Part shown: piece after piece, positions 23,001-32,785 of the stretch
Position numbering within the stretch: the first letter of the stretch is position 1
Layout of the letters: each line of letters begins with the position of its first letter
Assembly (NCBI GenBank): GCA_031260345.1
Contig: JAIRKA010000071.1
Location: forward strand, 781 to 64,780
Source of the DNA: Methanosarcinales archaeon
GTDB lineage: Archaea; Halobacteriota; Methanosarcinia; Methanosarcinales; Methanosarcinaceae
Direction of reading: 5' to 3'
DNA: 64,000 nucleotides
Program-made: the position numbers and the translations under genes
Notes under the pieces: generated by a model
Seen by the model: the letters and a program-made list of their open reading frames with translations, nothing else
Databases searched by the model: none
Told to the model about the DNA's origin: nothing

Positions 23001-23206
23001 GGACAGTCGTTCCACCCGGCGGCAACAATTCAACCGGTAACAACTCAACCGGTAATAACTCCACCGGCAACAATTCAACCGAGCCGCCGACAGATCCCGA
23101 CGAGCCGGGTCGGGAAGTTGCAACGATCATTCTCTTTTTCGTGATTGCAATTGCTGTTTTCTGTTACAGAAGATATGAAGAAGCAAAAGAAGAAAAGTCA
23201 TCATGA
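20087..23206 (+). CDS. GLUG-motif surface protein with InlB-B-like repeat, GNNST linker and C-terminal TM anchor
   Basis: Paralog of the neighbouring genes with an expanded VGGF.G / CSASGNV repeat region and a VTYDGN...FDGW domain. Confidence 0.85.
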   Translation: MSKNYFLILLSMVLLLGLCGAAAADSVTESASTNVFFDLYDSIKKRLSDLVPDRFTPEPALSRFAPVYGDTIYVNGELFVHIGDGGQRGDAYGTLVTWSLDAQYILIEDVDLALYAFAPIGQPDRFIGPGETDINGVQKKPDGGFTGTFDGQNHTISNLTINYNMHYLGLFRYIDNATIQNVILEGVLINAPSSMYVGSLIGLSVGEYTLVENCHVSGTVAGRYYLGGFVGSVWDFGTVQSSSSSVNVSGQEPGGFVGYSYGGSFEDCFATGNAIGTSSFSNSGGFAAITDGIIAVNCSASGNVRGLDAAGGFIGYIYNTEGFEISFVDCSATGNVEGSESVGGFVGYFIHYEGLDVVITSSSASGNVNGSRYIGGFIGVIENINGYNVVFEDCVAEGNVNGSSYVGGFIGYYTNNGEDSGISFDACSASGNVNGSDSVGGFIGLLYDPSINSSIFFNECIAAGTVNGSLYVGGFIGRYLNDAEDSNVFFNTCSASGNVTGYRSVGGFLGSFEGQNSGESCTIVFDSCSASGMIQGDQYIGGFVGYFDNPGENFNIIFEKCAATGGVDGTYDVGGFAGNSTFGIFSTCSAAGAVTGFGPLGGFIGYSFSSQFFNCSAIGDVTASVDIYEDMTFSTGGFVGISGYSVFEKCTADGNVIGYSMIGGFAGQSTHDEMTVCFASGNVGLNSFIIESQEYISHSGGFAGSFSNTVVSICSATGDVTGVLNVGGFAGSIYSDDSGIFITEAWITNCYATGNVTGVDFVGGFVGSIEGDVSVGPFVKYTYAAGDVTGTGSDVGCFAGVTMAGAGDSIIEYSFYKEGNGGVNNGYAMPMPNDDLMKVNTFLNAPKNQTNGTISAWDITNSPNSTHIWYVHENEDYPRFVLTYGFFFVTYDGNNADSGTAPIDSNEYLYGDIATVLGNTNLVKNGFTFDGWEYNGDTYRAGNVVIMFENVTMRAIWAPPGGGGGGNGTGNGTVVPPGGNNSTGNNSTGNNSTGNNSTEPPTDPDEPGREVATIILFFVIAIAVFCYRRYEEAKEEKSS

Positions 23207-23364
23207 GATAATCGTTGACGTAATCATGACATAAATTGACAAATGGATGCAGAGCTCCTTCTGCATCTCTTTTAATATTTTTAAAATTATTTTGTTTTCA
23301 ATTATTCGATTATATTCATTAACACTGCATTTATTTGATTGAAAGGACCCCATAGATGGTTTAT

Positions 23365-25452
23365 ATGACAGTTTCAAAAAAGTATCCGGCAATTTTACTC
23401 ATGATTGTTTTATTTTTGAGTCTGTGCGGTCCTGCTTCGGCGGCAGATCCTGCCGCAGGCACGTCGATGCAGTCTACGGCAGCGAATGTTTATTTTGGTT
23501 TACATGATTCCGCCAAAAAACTGTTTGATGATTATGTTTATGACAGCTTTATTTTCCGTCCTATGCGGTATCTCCTCAGTGTCATATACGATGATACAAT
23601 TTATGTCAACGAAGAACTGTTTGCGCATATCGGTGACGGTTCTGAAAGGGCTGATGCCGAAGGACGGTCTGTGACATGGTCTCTTGACGCTTCATATGTT
23701 CTTGTCGAAAATGTCAGCATGGAAAATGTTTCGGGCTTTGCTCCGATTGGTACGAGTGCAAACAGTTTTACGGGAACTTTTGACGGCCAAAATTACACAA
23801 TTTCTCATTTGAATCTTGCTTCAACATCTCCTTACGCAGGTTTATTCGGTTACACCAACAATGCGGCAATCAAAAATGTTATTTTGGAAAATGTGACGAT
23901 TTCTTCTGACAGCTATGCCGGTTCTTTAATCGGATACAGTACCGGCGAAAATACAATTGTTGACAATTGCCGCGCTGACGGAAATGTGACCGGAAATTAC
24001 AGCATCGGCGGATTAATCGGTTATGCCGGAGGAGGAAATTATTCCAACCTCAGTTTTTCAGGAAATGTAACGGGTTCTTCCGATTCTTACAGCATCGGCG
24101 GTTTGTTCGGCAGTTTTAACGGACACGGCTTAAACAGCGATTTCTCCGGCAATGTTCAAGGCCAGTCCTATGTCGGCGGTTTTGCCGGTTCAGCCTCAGG
24201 TACCGGTTTTACCATCTCGGGGATCAATATTTCCGGCAGCGTGACCGGAGCTTACAGCGTCGGCGGTTTTGCAGGTGACGCTCACGGCCATTATACGAAT
24301 ATCAACAACAGCCATTCTTCGGCCAATGTCATCGGCGCAGGAGACAATGTATACAATGTCGGCGGCTTTTTAGGATCTTCGTGGGGATTTAATTCTAATA
24401 TTTCAAATTGCAGTGCTTCAGGCGACGTTATCGGAAATAGTTACGTCGGCGGTTTTATCGGGCACGGCGGCATCAGCAATTTCACAAACAGCTTTGCGGC
24501 CGGTAATGTAAAAGGTACAGGAACAGGCGTCGGTGGTTTTGCCGGCAACGGCGGCACAGAGGGATCTTTTATAAATTGCAGTGCTTCGGGCGATGTTGAA
24601 GGACATACGAATGTCGGCGGATTTATCGGCGAATCTTCAAGCGGCGTCCTCGCTCTTTCTGTTTGCTACGCTTCTGGAAATGTCATCGGTACGGAAAATG
24701 TCGGCGGATTTGTCGGCAGCTTAACAGGCATGATGTATGACGATGGCGAACGGATTATTGAGCAGATTGCCAATTGTTATGCGACAGGCAATGTGGAAGG
24801 GAGTGAGTATGTCGGCGGTTTTATCGGCTATTTTGAAGTTTCCTTAAACACTTGGATTAATCCTGAAATAATTCAAATGCCGATTAAGAATTGCTACGCT
24901 GTCGGCAATATAACCGGCACCGGACTAAATGTCGGCGGTTTTGCAGGTGGTGAAGGTCCGACAGGCGGAACTTCAATCGGCTACAGTTTTTACAGAGAAG
25001 ACAACGGCGGCGGCAACAACGGTTTTGCAATTCCGAAATCCTCTGAAGATTTAATGAAAATTGAAACTTTCCTCAACGCCGGCAAAAATCAAAGCGCACT
25101 TGATACGATCTCCGCCTGGCCTATTTCATCCGTTCCGCCAACAGGTCCGAACATTTGGGATAGTTGCGAAGGAAAGGAATACCCGCGATTCAATTGGACA
25201 TATGTTCCGGACAACGGTGGCGGCGGCAATGGGGGAGGGGGAGGAAACGGCACGGGCAACGGGACAGTCGTTCCGCCCGGCGGCAACAATTCAACCGATA
25301 ATAACTCCACTGGCAACAACTCAACCGAGCCGCCGACAGATCCCGAAGAGCCGGGTCGGGAAGTTGCAACGATCGTTCTCTTTTTCGTGATTGCAATCGC
25401 TGTTTTCTGTTACAGAAGATATGAAGAAGCAAAAGAAGAAAAGTCATCATGA
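23365..25452 (+). CDS. GLUG-motif surface protein with C-terminal TM anchor (no InlB-B repeat)
   Basis: FTGTFDGQNYTISHL, GLFGYT, VGGF.G repeats; C-terminus nearly identical to the preceding gene. Confidence 0.85.
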   Translation: MTVSKKYPAILLMIVLFLSLCGPASAADPAAGTSMQSTAANVYFGLHDSAKKLFDDYVYDSFIFRPMRYLLSVIYDDTIYVNEELFAHIGDGSERADAEGRSVTWSLDASYVLVENVSMENVSGFAPIGTSANSFTGTFDGQNYTISHLNLASTSPYAGLFGYTNNAAIKNVILENVTISSDSYAGSLIGYSTGENTIVDNCRADGNVTGNYSIGGLIGYAGGGNYSNLSFSGNVTGSSDSYSIGGLFGSFNGHGLNSDFSGNVQGQSYVGGFAGSASGTGFTISGINISGSVTGAYSVGGFAGDAHGHYTNINNSHSSANVIGAGDNVYNVGGFLGSSWGFNSNISNCSASGDVIGNSYVGGFIGHGGISNFTNSFAAGNVKGTGTGVGGFAGNGGTEGSFINCSASGDVEGHTNVGGFIGESSSGVLALSVCYASGNVIGTENVGGFVGSLTGMMYDDGERIIEQIANCYATGNVEGSEYVGGFIGYFEVSLNTWINPEIIQMPIKNCYAVGNITGTGLNVGGFAGGEGPTGGTSIGYSFYREDNGGGNNGFAIPKSSEDLMKIETFLNAGKNQSALDTISAWPISSVPPTGPNIWDSCEGKEYPRFNWTYVPDNGGGGNGGGGGNGTGNGTVVPPGGNNSTDNNSTGNNSTEPPTDPEEPGREVATIVLFFVIAIAVFCYRRYEEAKEEKSS

Positions 25453-25636
25453 GATAATCGTTGACGTAACCTGACATAAATTGAAAAACAGATTCGGAAT
25501 TCAATTTCCGCATCCGTTTTTATTTTTTTAATGGCTTTATTTTTCAAAACGCTCTTTTCCAAGGTTTGAAGTTTTCAGGTTTTGGCAGAAACATTTTAAT
25601 GTTTTTATCTCCTCATGACTCAACAGGTGAATACTT

Positions 25637-25999
25637 ATGAGTACGGAATTTTCCCCTCAAGTTCAAAATCAAATTGCACAAATTCAACAAGTTCAGCAGC
25701 AGGCGCAAACGCTTGCAATGCAGAAATCTCAGATTGACGTCATGAACAAAGAAACCGGAATGGCTATCGAAGAATTGGAAAAATCAGCAGATGATGCCGT
25801 TGTTTACAAGTCCGTCGGTGAACTGATGATTAAATCCGACAAAGCTTCTCTTTTATCTTCTTTAAAAGACAGGCAGGAGTCTTTTTCTTTAAGAGTCCAA
25901 TCGATCGAACGCCAGGAAGAGCGTTTAAACTCCCGGTTTAAGCAGCTTCAAGAACAGCTTCAAAGCATGATCGGAAAGTCCGGCGGCGAAGAAGATTAA
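25637..25999 (+). CDS. pfdB: Prefoldin beta subunit
   Basis: Coiled coil with VYKSVGELMIK hairpin; 120 aa. Confidence 0.93.
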   Translation: MSTEFSPQVQNQIAQIQQVQQQAQTLAMQKSQIDVMNKETGMAIEELEKSADDAVVYKSVGELMIKSDKASLLSSLKDRQESFSLRVQSIERQEERLNSRFKQLQEQLQSMIGKSGGEED

Positions 26000-26007
26000 A
26001 CTCAGCC

Positions 26008-27033
26008 GTGACGTCTATGAGGGTTAACGATTTAGAATTCGTTGGTCGCCTCCTGGATTACCGGAACATACTCTACATCTGTCACAGAAATGCGGACCCT
26101 GATGCCATCGGCAGCGCTTATACGCTGGCGGAGGCGATCGGCGGAACGATCGGAATCGTTGATGACTGCAACCGTGTGGCTGCAAGCCTCATCGACAAGT
26201 TGAACATTCCTGTCGTTATGTGCCCAGATCCGAGTGACTATGACATGACGGTCGTTGTTGACACATCCACGCGCGGTCAGCTCAATGAAATAAAGCTTGA
26301 AAAGTTTTGCTTGATTGACCACCACGCGACAACGGCGCTTTTGGATGACGCGGAATTTTATATCCACGAAGAAACCACTTCCACCGTTGAGATTATTTTC
26401 AGAATTCTCAACGCGGCAGGCATTCATATTTCCCCGAAAATGGGTCTCGCCATGATTACGGGAATTATTACGGATACAGGTCATCTGAAACACGCCAACG
26501 CAAGCACATTCAAGACACTCTCGGAAATTATGGAAGTCAGCGGCGTTGATTATTTCGACGCTTTGGAACTGATGGCGGCAACGCCGCAGGATATTTCAAT
26601 CCGTATCGCAATGCTCAAAGCGGCGATGCGCTGCGAAGTTGAGCGTGTCGGTGACTGTCTGATTGCGACAACGAATGTCAGTTCGTACGGCGGCGCGGCA
26701 GCGTCCATGCTGACCAACATCGGCGCAGACATCGCCTTTGTCGGTTCCGTCAAGGATGACCGAAGCGTTCGCGTCAGTGGCCGTGCAAAAAGAGATATGA
26801 TCTTATCCGGCGTGAATCTCGGGAAGCTGATGGAAGATGTCGGCGACAAATACAACGGTACAGGCGGCGGACACAGCGGCGCTGCAGGCATTGACGCAGA
26901 ATGCTCGCTGGAAACCTTAATGGCCGATTGTAAAGAGTATGCGAGGAAACTTCTTGCAGGTGATTCAGATAAGCCGATTCAGTGCAAAGAAATTTCTGCC
27001 GAGTATTCCGATGAAGAACAGGAATATGTGTAA
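26008..27033 (+). CDS. DHH/DHHA1 phosphoesterase
   Basis: HRNADPDA, VVVDT, IDHH, GIITDTG and GGGH..AAG motifs. Confidence 0.92.
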   Translation: MTSMRVNDLEFVGRLLDYRNILYICHRNADPDAIGSAYTLAEAIGGTIGIVDDCNRVAASLIDKLNIPVVMCPDPSDYDMTVVVDTSTRGQLNEIKLEKFCLIDHHATTALLDDAEFYIHEETTSTVEIIFRILNAAGIHISPKMGLAMITGIITDTGHLKHANASTFKTLSEIMEVSGVDYFDALELMAATPQDISIRIAMLKAAMRCEVERVGDCLIATTNVSSYGGAAASMLTNIGADIAFVGSVKDDRSVRVSGRAKRDMILSGVNLGKLMEDVGDKYNGTGGGHSGAAGIDAECSLETLMADCKEYARKLLAGDSDKPIQCKEISAEYSDEEQEYV

Positions 27034-27066
27034 AAAATTTCTCGACGCGCTCAGAATTTTTCAGGT

Positions 27067-27091
27067 TTGGCCGGTCCGAAGGAGCGGCCAA
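27067..27091 (+). repeat. Family A palindromic repeat, first hairpin only
   Basis: TTGGCCG-GTCC-GAA-GGAG-CGGCCAA. Confidence 0.8.
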
Positions 27092-27490
27092 TCAGTGGGC
27101 AAGGGGAAGGCGATATTTGCTGAAAAGCCGCTTATGCGGCTTTTAGCGTCCGGACGGCGCGAAGCGGCGAACGGTCTTCGCTGCCGCCGCACGCGCGGAG
27201 CAGTTCCGTTTTCTTTCGGTTTTTATAAACCACTCGTCTTCTTCTCTTTATTTTTTTGAAAAATCCAAGTCCGGCTTTTACAAAGTAAAATTTGAATGCA
27301 ATGATTACTTTTTTAAATTTTGGAGTTTATAATACATTTAATCTTATAGGAATTATTAAATATTTCAGAAACTTATTGATTCCATTTATGATTTAATGAT
27401 TTGATTTCACTTATCATTTCATCTTTAACATTTCGGGTCGATAACGCCACGCGAGTCGGCTCCGTTTTTATACAACACAGAGGTTCACAC

Positions 27491-28612
27491 ATGAAATCCA
27501 TCGTAGAAGAAGCATTAGCCAGAAGCGCCCGCGAAGACCGCGGCGAAGCGCCCCGTTATTCTCCCAACGTCAATCTTCAGGGCGAAGAAGTGGATGAAGA
27601 ACTGCGCGCCTTTTTGGAAGGCTTAAAGACAAACATTAAAGTTATCGGCTGCGGCGGCGGCGGCTCCAACAGCATCCAGAGAATGCTTGAAGAAGGCATT
27701 TCCGGCGCGGAACTCTACGCCGTCAACACTGACGCCCAACACCTTTTAAAGATCGGCACCAACAAGAAGATCCTCATCGGCAAAAAGAAAACCCGCGGCC
27801 TCGGCGCAGGCAGTCTTCCGCAAGTCGGTGAAGATGCAGCTGTCGAAAACGTCGATGACATTCGCCGCGCAGTTGATGGCGCCGACATGGTTTTCATCAC
27901 AACAGGCCTCGGCGGCGGTACCGGTACAGGCTCTGCACCCGTTGTCGCAGAAGCTGCACGCGCGGCAGGCGCGCTTACAATTGCTGTCGTTACCTTGCCG
28001 TTTGGCGTTGAAGGTATCGTCAGACGAACAAACGCGGAAGCGGGTCTTGAAAGACTCCGCGATGTCGCTGACACCGTTATCGTTATTCCGAATGACAAAC
28101 TCATTGAAATGGTTCCGAAACTCCCGCTCCAAGCCGCTTTTAAGGTTTGTGACGAAGTTTTGATGCGCGCCGTTAAAGGCATCACTGAATCCATTACCGA
28201 AGACGGTCTCGTGAACGTGGACTTTGCCGATATCCGCACAATTATGCAGAACGGCGGCGTCGCTATGATCGGTCTCGGCGAAGCCTCCGGCGAAAACAAA
28301 GCTGTCGAATCCATTCAAAAAGCACTCAGAAGCCCGCTTTTGGATGTCGATATTTCCGACGCGACATCCGCGCTCGTTAACGTTATCGGCGGCCCGGACA
28401 TGACGATTGAAGAAGCGCAATCCGTTGTTCAGGAAGTCCACAACCGTATCGACTCAGGCGCCCGCCTCATTTGGGGTGCCCGCATTGACCCGAAACTTGA
28501 AAACAAGATTCGTACAATGATCATTGTGACCGGCGTTAAATCCTCACAGATTTACGGTCAGGGAAGCGGCACATTCATCACTGCGAAATACGGCATTGAC
28601 TTTGTCGAGTAA
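27491..28612 (+). CDS. ftsZ: Cell division protein FtsZ (FtsZ1-type)
   Basis: [24 protein letters not shown] and NVDFAD motifs; start at ATG 27491. Confidence 0.97.
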   Translation: MKSIVEEALARSAREDRGEAPRYSPNVNLQGEEVDEELRAFLEGLKTNIKVIGCGGGGSNSIQRMLEEGISGAELYAVNTDAQHLLKIGTNKKILIGKKKTRGLGAGSLPQVGEDAAVENVDDIRRAVDGADMVFITTGLGGGTGTGSAPVVAEAARAAGALTIAVVTLPFGVEGIVRRTNAEAGLERLRDVADTVIVIPNDKLIEMVPKLPLQAAFKVCDEVLMRAVKGITESITEDGLVNVDFADIRTIMQNGGVAMIGLGEASGENKAVESIQKALRSPLLDVDISDATSALVNVIGGPDMTIEEAQSVVQEVHNRIDSGARLIWGARIDPKLENKIRTMIIVTGVKSSQIYGQGSGTFITAKYGIDFVE

Positions 28613-28621
28613 TCTCGGCAA

Positions 28622-28669
28622 TTTGACCGATACCGATCAAAGCGGTCAAACTCGGAGCACAGCTCCGAG
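28622..28669 (+). repeat. Family A palindromic repeat, diverged first loop
   Basis: TTTGACCG...CGGTCAAA followed by CTCGGAGC-ACA-GCTCCGAG, starting 10 nt after the ftsZ stop. Confidence 0.8.
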
Positions 28670-29024
28670 GGTTTTTCCTTTTTTTCTTTTCGCCTTCTTT
28701 CTTTTCATTCTGAGTTTGCCGTTGCGGCTGCCTTACAGTTCCCGTTTGCTGCTCTGCAGCAGCTTCCAGCGCGCAGTCGCTTTAATGTTTCAAAAATCAA
28801 AAAAATAAAACGAAAAGCGCATATTTATGAACTCTTTATTGGGGCAGACATCGTTTTTCGCTTTGTCTGAACGTTTTTTATTTTTCAAAAAGAGTAAAGT
28901 ATATTAAGAATGAATGTATAGAGTCGCTATCTTTTTTGAGTTTGTTATTTCGGCTATCCGCTAGATTCGAGAAATTTCAAATTCAAAATTCAGTTTATCA
29001 GCTTCTCTTGAAAGCTATTCGGAT

Positions 29025-29264
29025 GTGAAAAATTTGGCAGAAAACAACACGGCAGATAAAGTTAAGGACGGTATTTCAAACATCGGTCCGACACTTCGCT
29101 CTTATCTCAGAATTTTAAAATTGGCCCGCAAACCGTCACGCAAAGAATTCCTGACCATTGCAAAAGTTGCAGCACTCGGTATTATCGCAATCGGTATTTT
29201 GGGCTTTATCTTCTATGTCATGATGGACATTGTTCCGGAATACCTTATCCCGATCAGGTCATAA
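29025..29264 (+). CDS. secE: Protein translocase SecE/Sec61-gamma
   Basis: YLRILKLARKPSRKEF...LGIIAIGILGF; lies between ftsZ and spt5. Confidence 0.93.
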   Translation: MKNLAENNTADKVKDGISNIGPTLRSYLRILKLARKPSRKEFLTIAKVAALGIIAIGILGFIFYVMMDIVPEYLIPIRS

Positions 29265-29266
29265 AA

Positions 29267-29743
29267 ATGTTTGAAGCAGAAAAGAATGGTGACGTCAACA
29301 TCTTTATTGTAAAAACGACCGTCAACCAAGAAAAGTCCGTTGCCAAATCAATGGCATTGGTCGCTAAAAAAGAGCATTTGGACGTCAGGGCCGTTCTCGC
29401 TCCCGAAGAGCTGAAAGGTTACGTCTTTGTTGAAACGCCCGACTCCACGGCCATTGACGATTTGATTAAGGCTATTCCGCACGCCAAGACCATGCTGAAG
29501 AGTCCGGCCAAATTCGGCGAAATTGAACACTTCCTGAAACCCAAGCCCATCTCTGTCGGCGTTACCGAAGGCTCGATTATTGAAATCACATCCGGCCCGT
29601 TCAAGGGCGAAAAAGCAAAAGTCAAGCGCGTCGGTTCAGGTCAGCATGATGAAATTACGGTGGAATTATTCGATGCCGTCGTTCCTATCCCGATTACCAT
29701 TCGCGGCGATACTGTCCGCGTTTTGAAGAAGGAAGAAGAATAA
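29267..29743 (+). CDS. spt5: Transcription elongation factor Spt5/NusG
   Basis: NGN domain (LKGYVFVE) and KOW motif (GPFKGEKAKV). Confidence 0.95.
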   Translation: MFEAEKNGDVNIFIVKTTVNQEKSVAKSMALVAKKEHLDVRAVLAPEELKGYVFVETPDSTAIDDLIKAIPHAKTMLKSPAKFGEIEHFLKPKPISVGVTEGSIIEITSGPFKGEKAKVKRVGSGQHDEITVELFDAVVPIPITIRGDTVRVLKKEEE

Positions 29744-29983
29744 AAAAATGAAAATAAATTCATTTGCAGACAGTCTTAAAAAAGACTGTTTGCCGATTTA
29801 CTTTTTTCATTATTTCTTAAGGCGGCGTTGTTCTGCCGGCAAATTGAGCATTCCGAAATTTCATGAGAAAGCTTTAAATCAAAGAATCCGATTTATTAGA
29901 ATCTCTTTCAGAATAAACGATTAACCCATTTATCTGAATTACAATTATCAATTCAAATTAATATTATATCCACGGTGATTTTA

Positions 29984-30469
29984 ATGGCAAGCAGAGTAGA
30001 AGCATTGGTCCCCGGAGGAAAAGCCACCCCCGGTCCGCCGCTCGGTCCGGCGTTGGGTCCTCTCGGTATCAACATTAAAGAGGTTATTGAGCAAATCAAT
30101 GAGAAAACAAGAAGCTTTAACGGCATGCAGGTTCCGGTTATCGTGACCGTCGCCGATGACAAAAGCGTGACCGTCGAAGTCGGAACACCCCCGACCTCTT
30201 CCCTCCTTCTTCAGGAAGCAGGCGTTCAGAAAGGCTCCGGCAAAGCCGGTACCGAAAAAGTCGGAAATATTACCGTCCAGCAGGCCGCAAAAATCGCACG
30301 CATGAAGAAAGATGATATTCTTGCATACGACTTGAAGGCAGCCATTAAAGAAGTCACCGGTGTCGGTGTTTCCATGGGCGTCACCGTCGAAGGCATGGAT
30401 GTCAGAGACTTCCAAAAAGCAATTGATGCCGGTCAGTACGACGCCATCCTTAACAACGAAGAATGGTAA
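29984..30469 (+). CDS. rpl11: 50S ribosomal protein uL11
   Basis: GGKATPGPPLGPALGPLG motif. Confidence 0.97.
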   Translation: MASRVEALVPGGKATPGPPLGPALGPLGINIKEVIEQINEKTRSFNGMQVPVIVTVADDKSVTVEVGTPPTSSLLLQEAGVQKGSGKAGTEKVGNITVQQAAKIARMKKDDILAYDLKAAIKEVTGVGVSMGVTVEGMDVRDFQKAIDAGQYDAILNNEEW

Positions 30470-30578
30470 TTTTGCCGTTCTTTTTATCACATTTATCAAA
30501 AGCGCCTTTTCGAATCTTGTCGGCTTTATGCAGGTAATTTTCTGAAAAACAGCTTTTACATTTAAAACATCCAATTAA

Positions 30579-30681
30579 CCGTAGAAAGTCAAAATGACTG
30601 ACGCACATTAAAATGCCGCGCGGCTGAAATTAAACAGCTGCTTCTTTTCTCGGCTTTTTAATTGGCGGGACTACGGGGAGG
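30579..30681 (+). promoter_or_regulatory. Candidate structured leader of rpl1-rpl10-rpl12
   Basis: CCGTAG (30579) can pair with CTACGG (30671), which overlaps the GGGGAGG ribosome-binding site; two internal hairpins lie between. Confidence 0.5.
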
Positions 30682-30689
30682 CCAAAAAA

Positions 30690-31331
30690 ATGGCAGATGT
30701 ATCTATCGAAGAACTCGTAAAGAAATTATTAGAGGAATCGCCCCAGCGCAAGTTTTCAGAAAGCGTTGACCTTGCGATCAACCTTAAAGGCCTCGACCTC
30801 AATCAGCCCAAAAACAGGGTTGACGAAGAAATCGTTCTCCCGAACGGTCTCGGAAAAGAATTGAAGGTCGGCGTTTTTGCAAAAGGTGAAGTCGCTTTAC
30901 AGGCCAAGCAAGCAGGGGCAGCGTACGTTTTTGACGACGCGGATATCCAGGAAATGAAGGACGACAAGGCACGCGCAAAATCCGTTGCCGAAGATTGTGA
31001 CTTCTTCATTGCGGAAACCCAGTTCATGGCAACAATCGGTAAGACGCTCGGTACCGTTCTCGGTCCGAGAGGCAAAATGCCGGTTCCGCTCCTTCCGGGA
31101 AAAACCATCGGCGAAATGATCCAGTCAAAACAGAGTGCTGTTCGTGTCAGGTCCAAAGACAGGATGACGTTCCACGTCACAGTCGGCCGCCGCAACATGC
31201 CGCCTGAAAAGTTGGCTCAGAACATTGAAACTGTCATTTCCCGTGTTGAACGCGCACTTGTCAAAGGAAAGCACAACATTAAATCCATTTATGTCACGAC
31301 GACAATGGGGAAATCCGAGAGGGTGATGTGA
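30690..31331 (+). CDS. rpl1: 50S ribosomal protein uL1
   Basis: RKFSESVDLAINL, LGPRGKMP and TTTMG motifs. Confidence 0.97.
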   Translation: MADVSIEELVKKLLEESPQRKFSESVDLAINLKGLDLNQPKNRVDEEIVLPNGLGKELKVGVFAKGEVALQAKQAGAAYVFDDADIQEMKDDKARAKSVAEDCDFFIAETQFMATIGKTLGTVLGPRGKMPVPLLPGKTIGEMIQSKQSAVRVRSKDRMTFHVTVGRRNMPPEKLAQNIETVISRVERALVKGKHNIKSIYVTTTMGKSERVM

Positions 31332-31332
31332 T

Positions 31333-32196
31333 ATGGCAGAAGCTCGAGGCGCAGAAACCATCCCGCAGTGGAAAATGGATGAAGTTGCAGAACTCAAAGA
31401 ACTCGTCAAAGATTACAAAATTTTCGGCGTTGTCAGCTTTGAGGGTATCACTGCTGACCTGATTCAAAAAATGAGACGCAACTTAAGAGAAACAGCCGTT
31501 TTGAAAGTCACAAGAAACACTTTGAACGAAAAAGCGCTCAGAGAAAGCGACGGCAATGTTCCCGACATGGTTCAATACATTGAAGGGCAGACCGCTTTGA
31601 TTTTCACAAACGACAACCCGTTCAAATTATACAAGATGCTGGCTCAAACGAAGACTCCGGCACCCATTAAAGCAGGCGCGATCGCACCTTTTGACATCTC
31701 TGTCACCAAGGGTCCGACAGGCTTCCCGCCGGGTCCGTTGCTCAGTGAGTTCCAGGGCGCAGGTATCCCGACAGGTGTTGAAGCCGGTAAAATCGCAATT
31801 AAAGAAACGAAAGTCGTCTGTAAAGCCGGCGAAAAAGTTTCCCAGAAATTGGCAACCGCATTAGCGAAGTTGGAAATTTTTCCGATGGAAGTCGGTTTAA
31901 TTTTGAGAGCCGCTTACGAAGACGGGACCATTTACCTCCCGGATGTCTTGCATGTTGATGAAACAGAATTGTTCAACCAATTCGTCACGGCAGCGCAGGA
32001 AGCATTCAACTTGTCCGTGAACGCAGCCATCCCGACCAAAGAAAACATTGAAGTCCTCCTCCAAAAGGCACACACAGAAGCTGTGAATTTGGGTGTTGAA
32101 GCTGTTATCTTTGAACCCGAAGTAATGGACAAATTAATCGGCAAAGCCAATGCACAGGCAACATCCGTTGCAAAAGCAAGTAAATTCGAATTATAA
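31333..32196 (+). CDS. rpl10: 50S ribosomal protein uL10 (P0)
   Basis: IPQWK, NPFKLY and GPTGFPPGP motifs; position in the operon. Confidence 0.96.
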   Translation: MAEARGAETIPQWKMDEVAELKELVKDYKIFGVVSFEGITADLIQKMRRNLRETAVLKVTRNTLNEKALRESDGNVPDMVQYIEGQTALIFTNDNPFKLYKMLAQTKTPAPIKAGAIAPFDISVTKGPTGFPPGPLLSEFQGAGIPTGVEAGKIAIKETKVVCKAGEKVSQKLATALAKLEIFPMEVGLILRAAYEDGTIYLPDVLHVDETELFNQFVTAAQEAFNLSVNAAIPTKENIEVLLQKAHTEAVNLGVEAVIFEPEVMDKLIGKANAQATSVAKASKFEL

Positions 32197-32246
32197 ATTA
32201 ATTTAAACGAATAAGTAATACAACTAAAATCAAAAGGTGAAATAAT

Positions 32247-32549
32247 ATGCAGTACGTTTACGCAGCACTCTTAATCTACAAGAGCGGAAAAGAAATTACA
32301 GAAGAATCAGTCACAGCAGTCCTCAAAGCAGCAGGCGCAGATGTTGAAGAAGCACGCGTCAAAGCACTTGTCTCTGCACTTGAAGGCGTTGACATCGAAG
32401 AAGCAATCGCAAAAGCAGCATTCGCAGCACCCGCCGCAGCAGCACCCGCCGCAGCAGCAGAAGCAGCACCCGCCGCAGCAGCACCCGAGCCCGAGGAAGA
32501 CCACTCCGAAGAAGAAGGTATGGCCGGTCTCGGTGCACTCTTCGGTTAA
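32247..32549 (+). CDS. rpl12: 50S ribosomal stalk protein aL12/P1
   Basis: MQYVYAALL start, Ala-rich hinge, [13 protein letters not shown] end. Confidence 0.97.
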   Translation: MQYVYAALLIYKSGKEITEESVTAVLKAAGADVEEARVKALVSALEGVDIEEAIAKAAFAAPAAAAPAAAAEAAPAAAAPEPEEDHSEEEGMAGLGALFG

Positions 32550-32575
32550 TTTCAAAATCGAAGTTTGTACGCTCC

Positions 32576-32610
32576 AAGCCCGAGGGGATTTTTCCCTTCG
32601 GGCTTTTTTT
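32576..32610 (+). terminator. Hairpin plus T-tract ending the rpl1-10-12 transcript
   Basis: AAGCCCGAGGGGA-tttt-TCCCTTCGGGCTT followed by a T run. Confidence 0.7.
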
Positions 32611-32785
32611 ATTAAAAATTACTCGCTTCGCTCACATTTTTTCGGGAGCGAAGGGAGGTCTATTTTTGCTGCCGCCGCGCGCGAGTTGCTCCATTTTTCA
32701 TTTTATTTGCCTGAAAACTGAATTCACGATTTTATTCATTTTTGAAATCGTTAAGTATAAGTCTTTTTAATTTCTTTTTATCCGC

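Noticed and set aside
27715-28441. Long antisense ORFs over ftsZ and other highly expressed genes (also 40026-40877, 43489-44232, 54504-55073)
   Set aside because: Shadow ORFs produced by codon bias on the coding strand.
32405-32490. GCACCCGCCGCAGCA tandem repeats
   Set aside because: They encode the normal Ala/Pro hinge of the ribosomal stalk protein.
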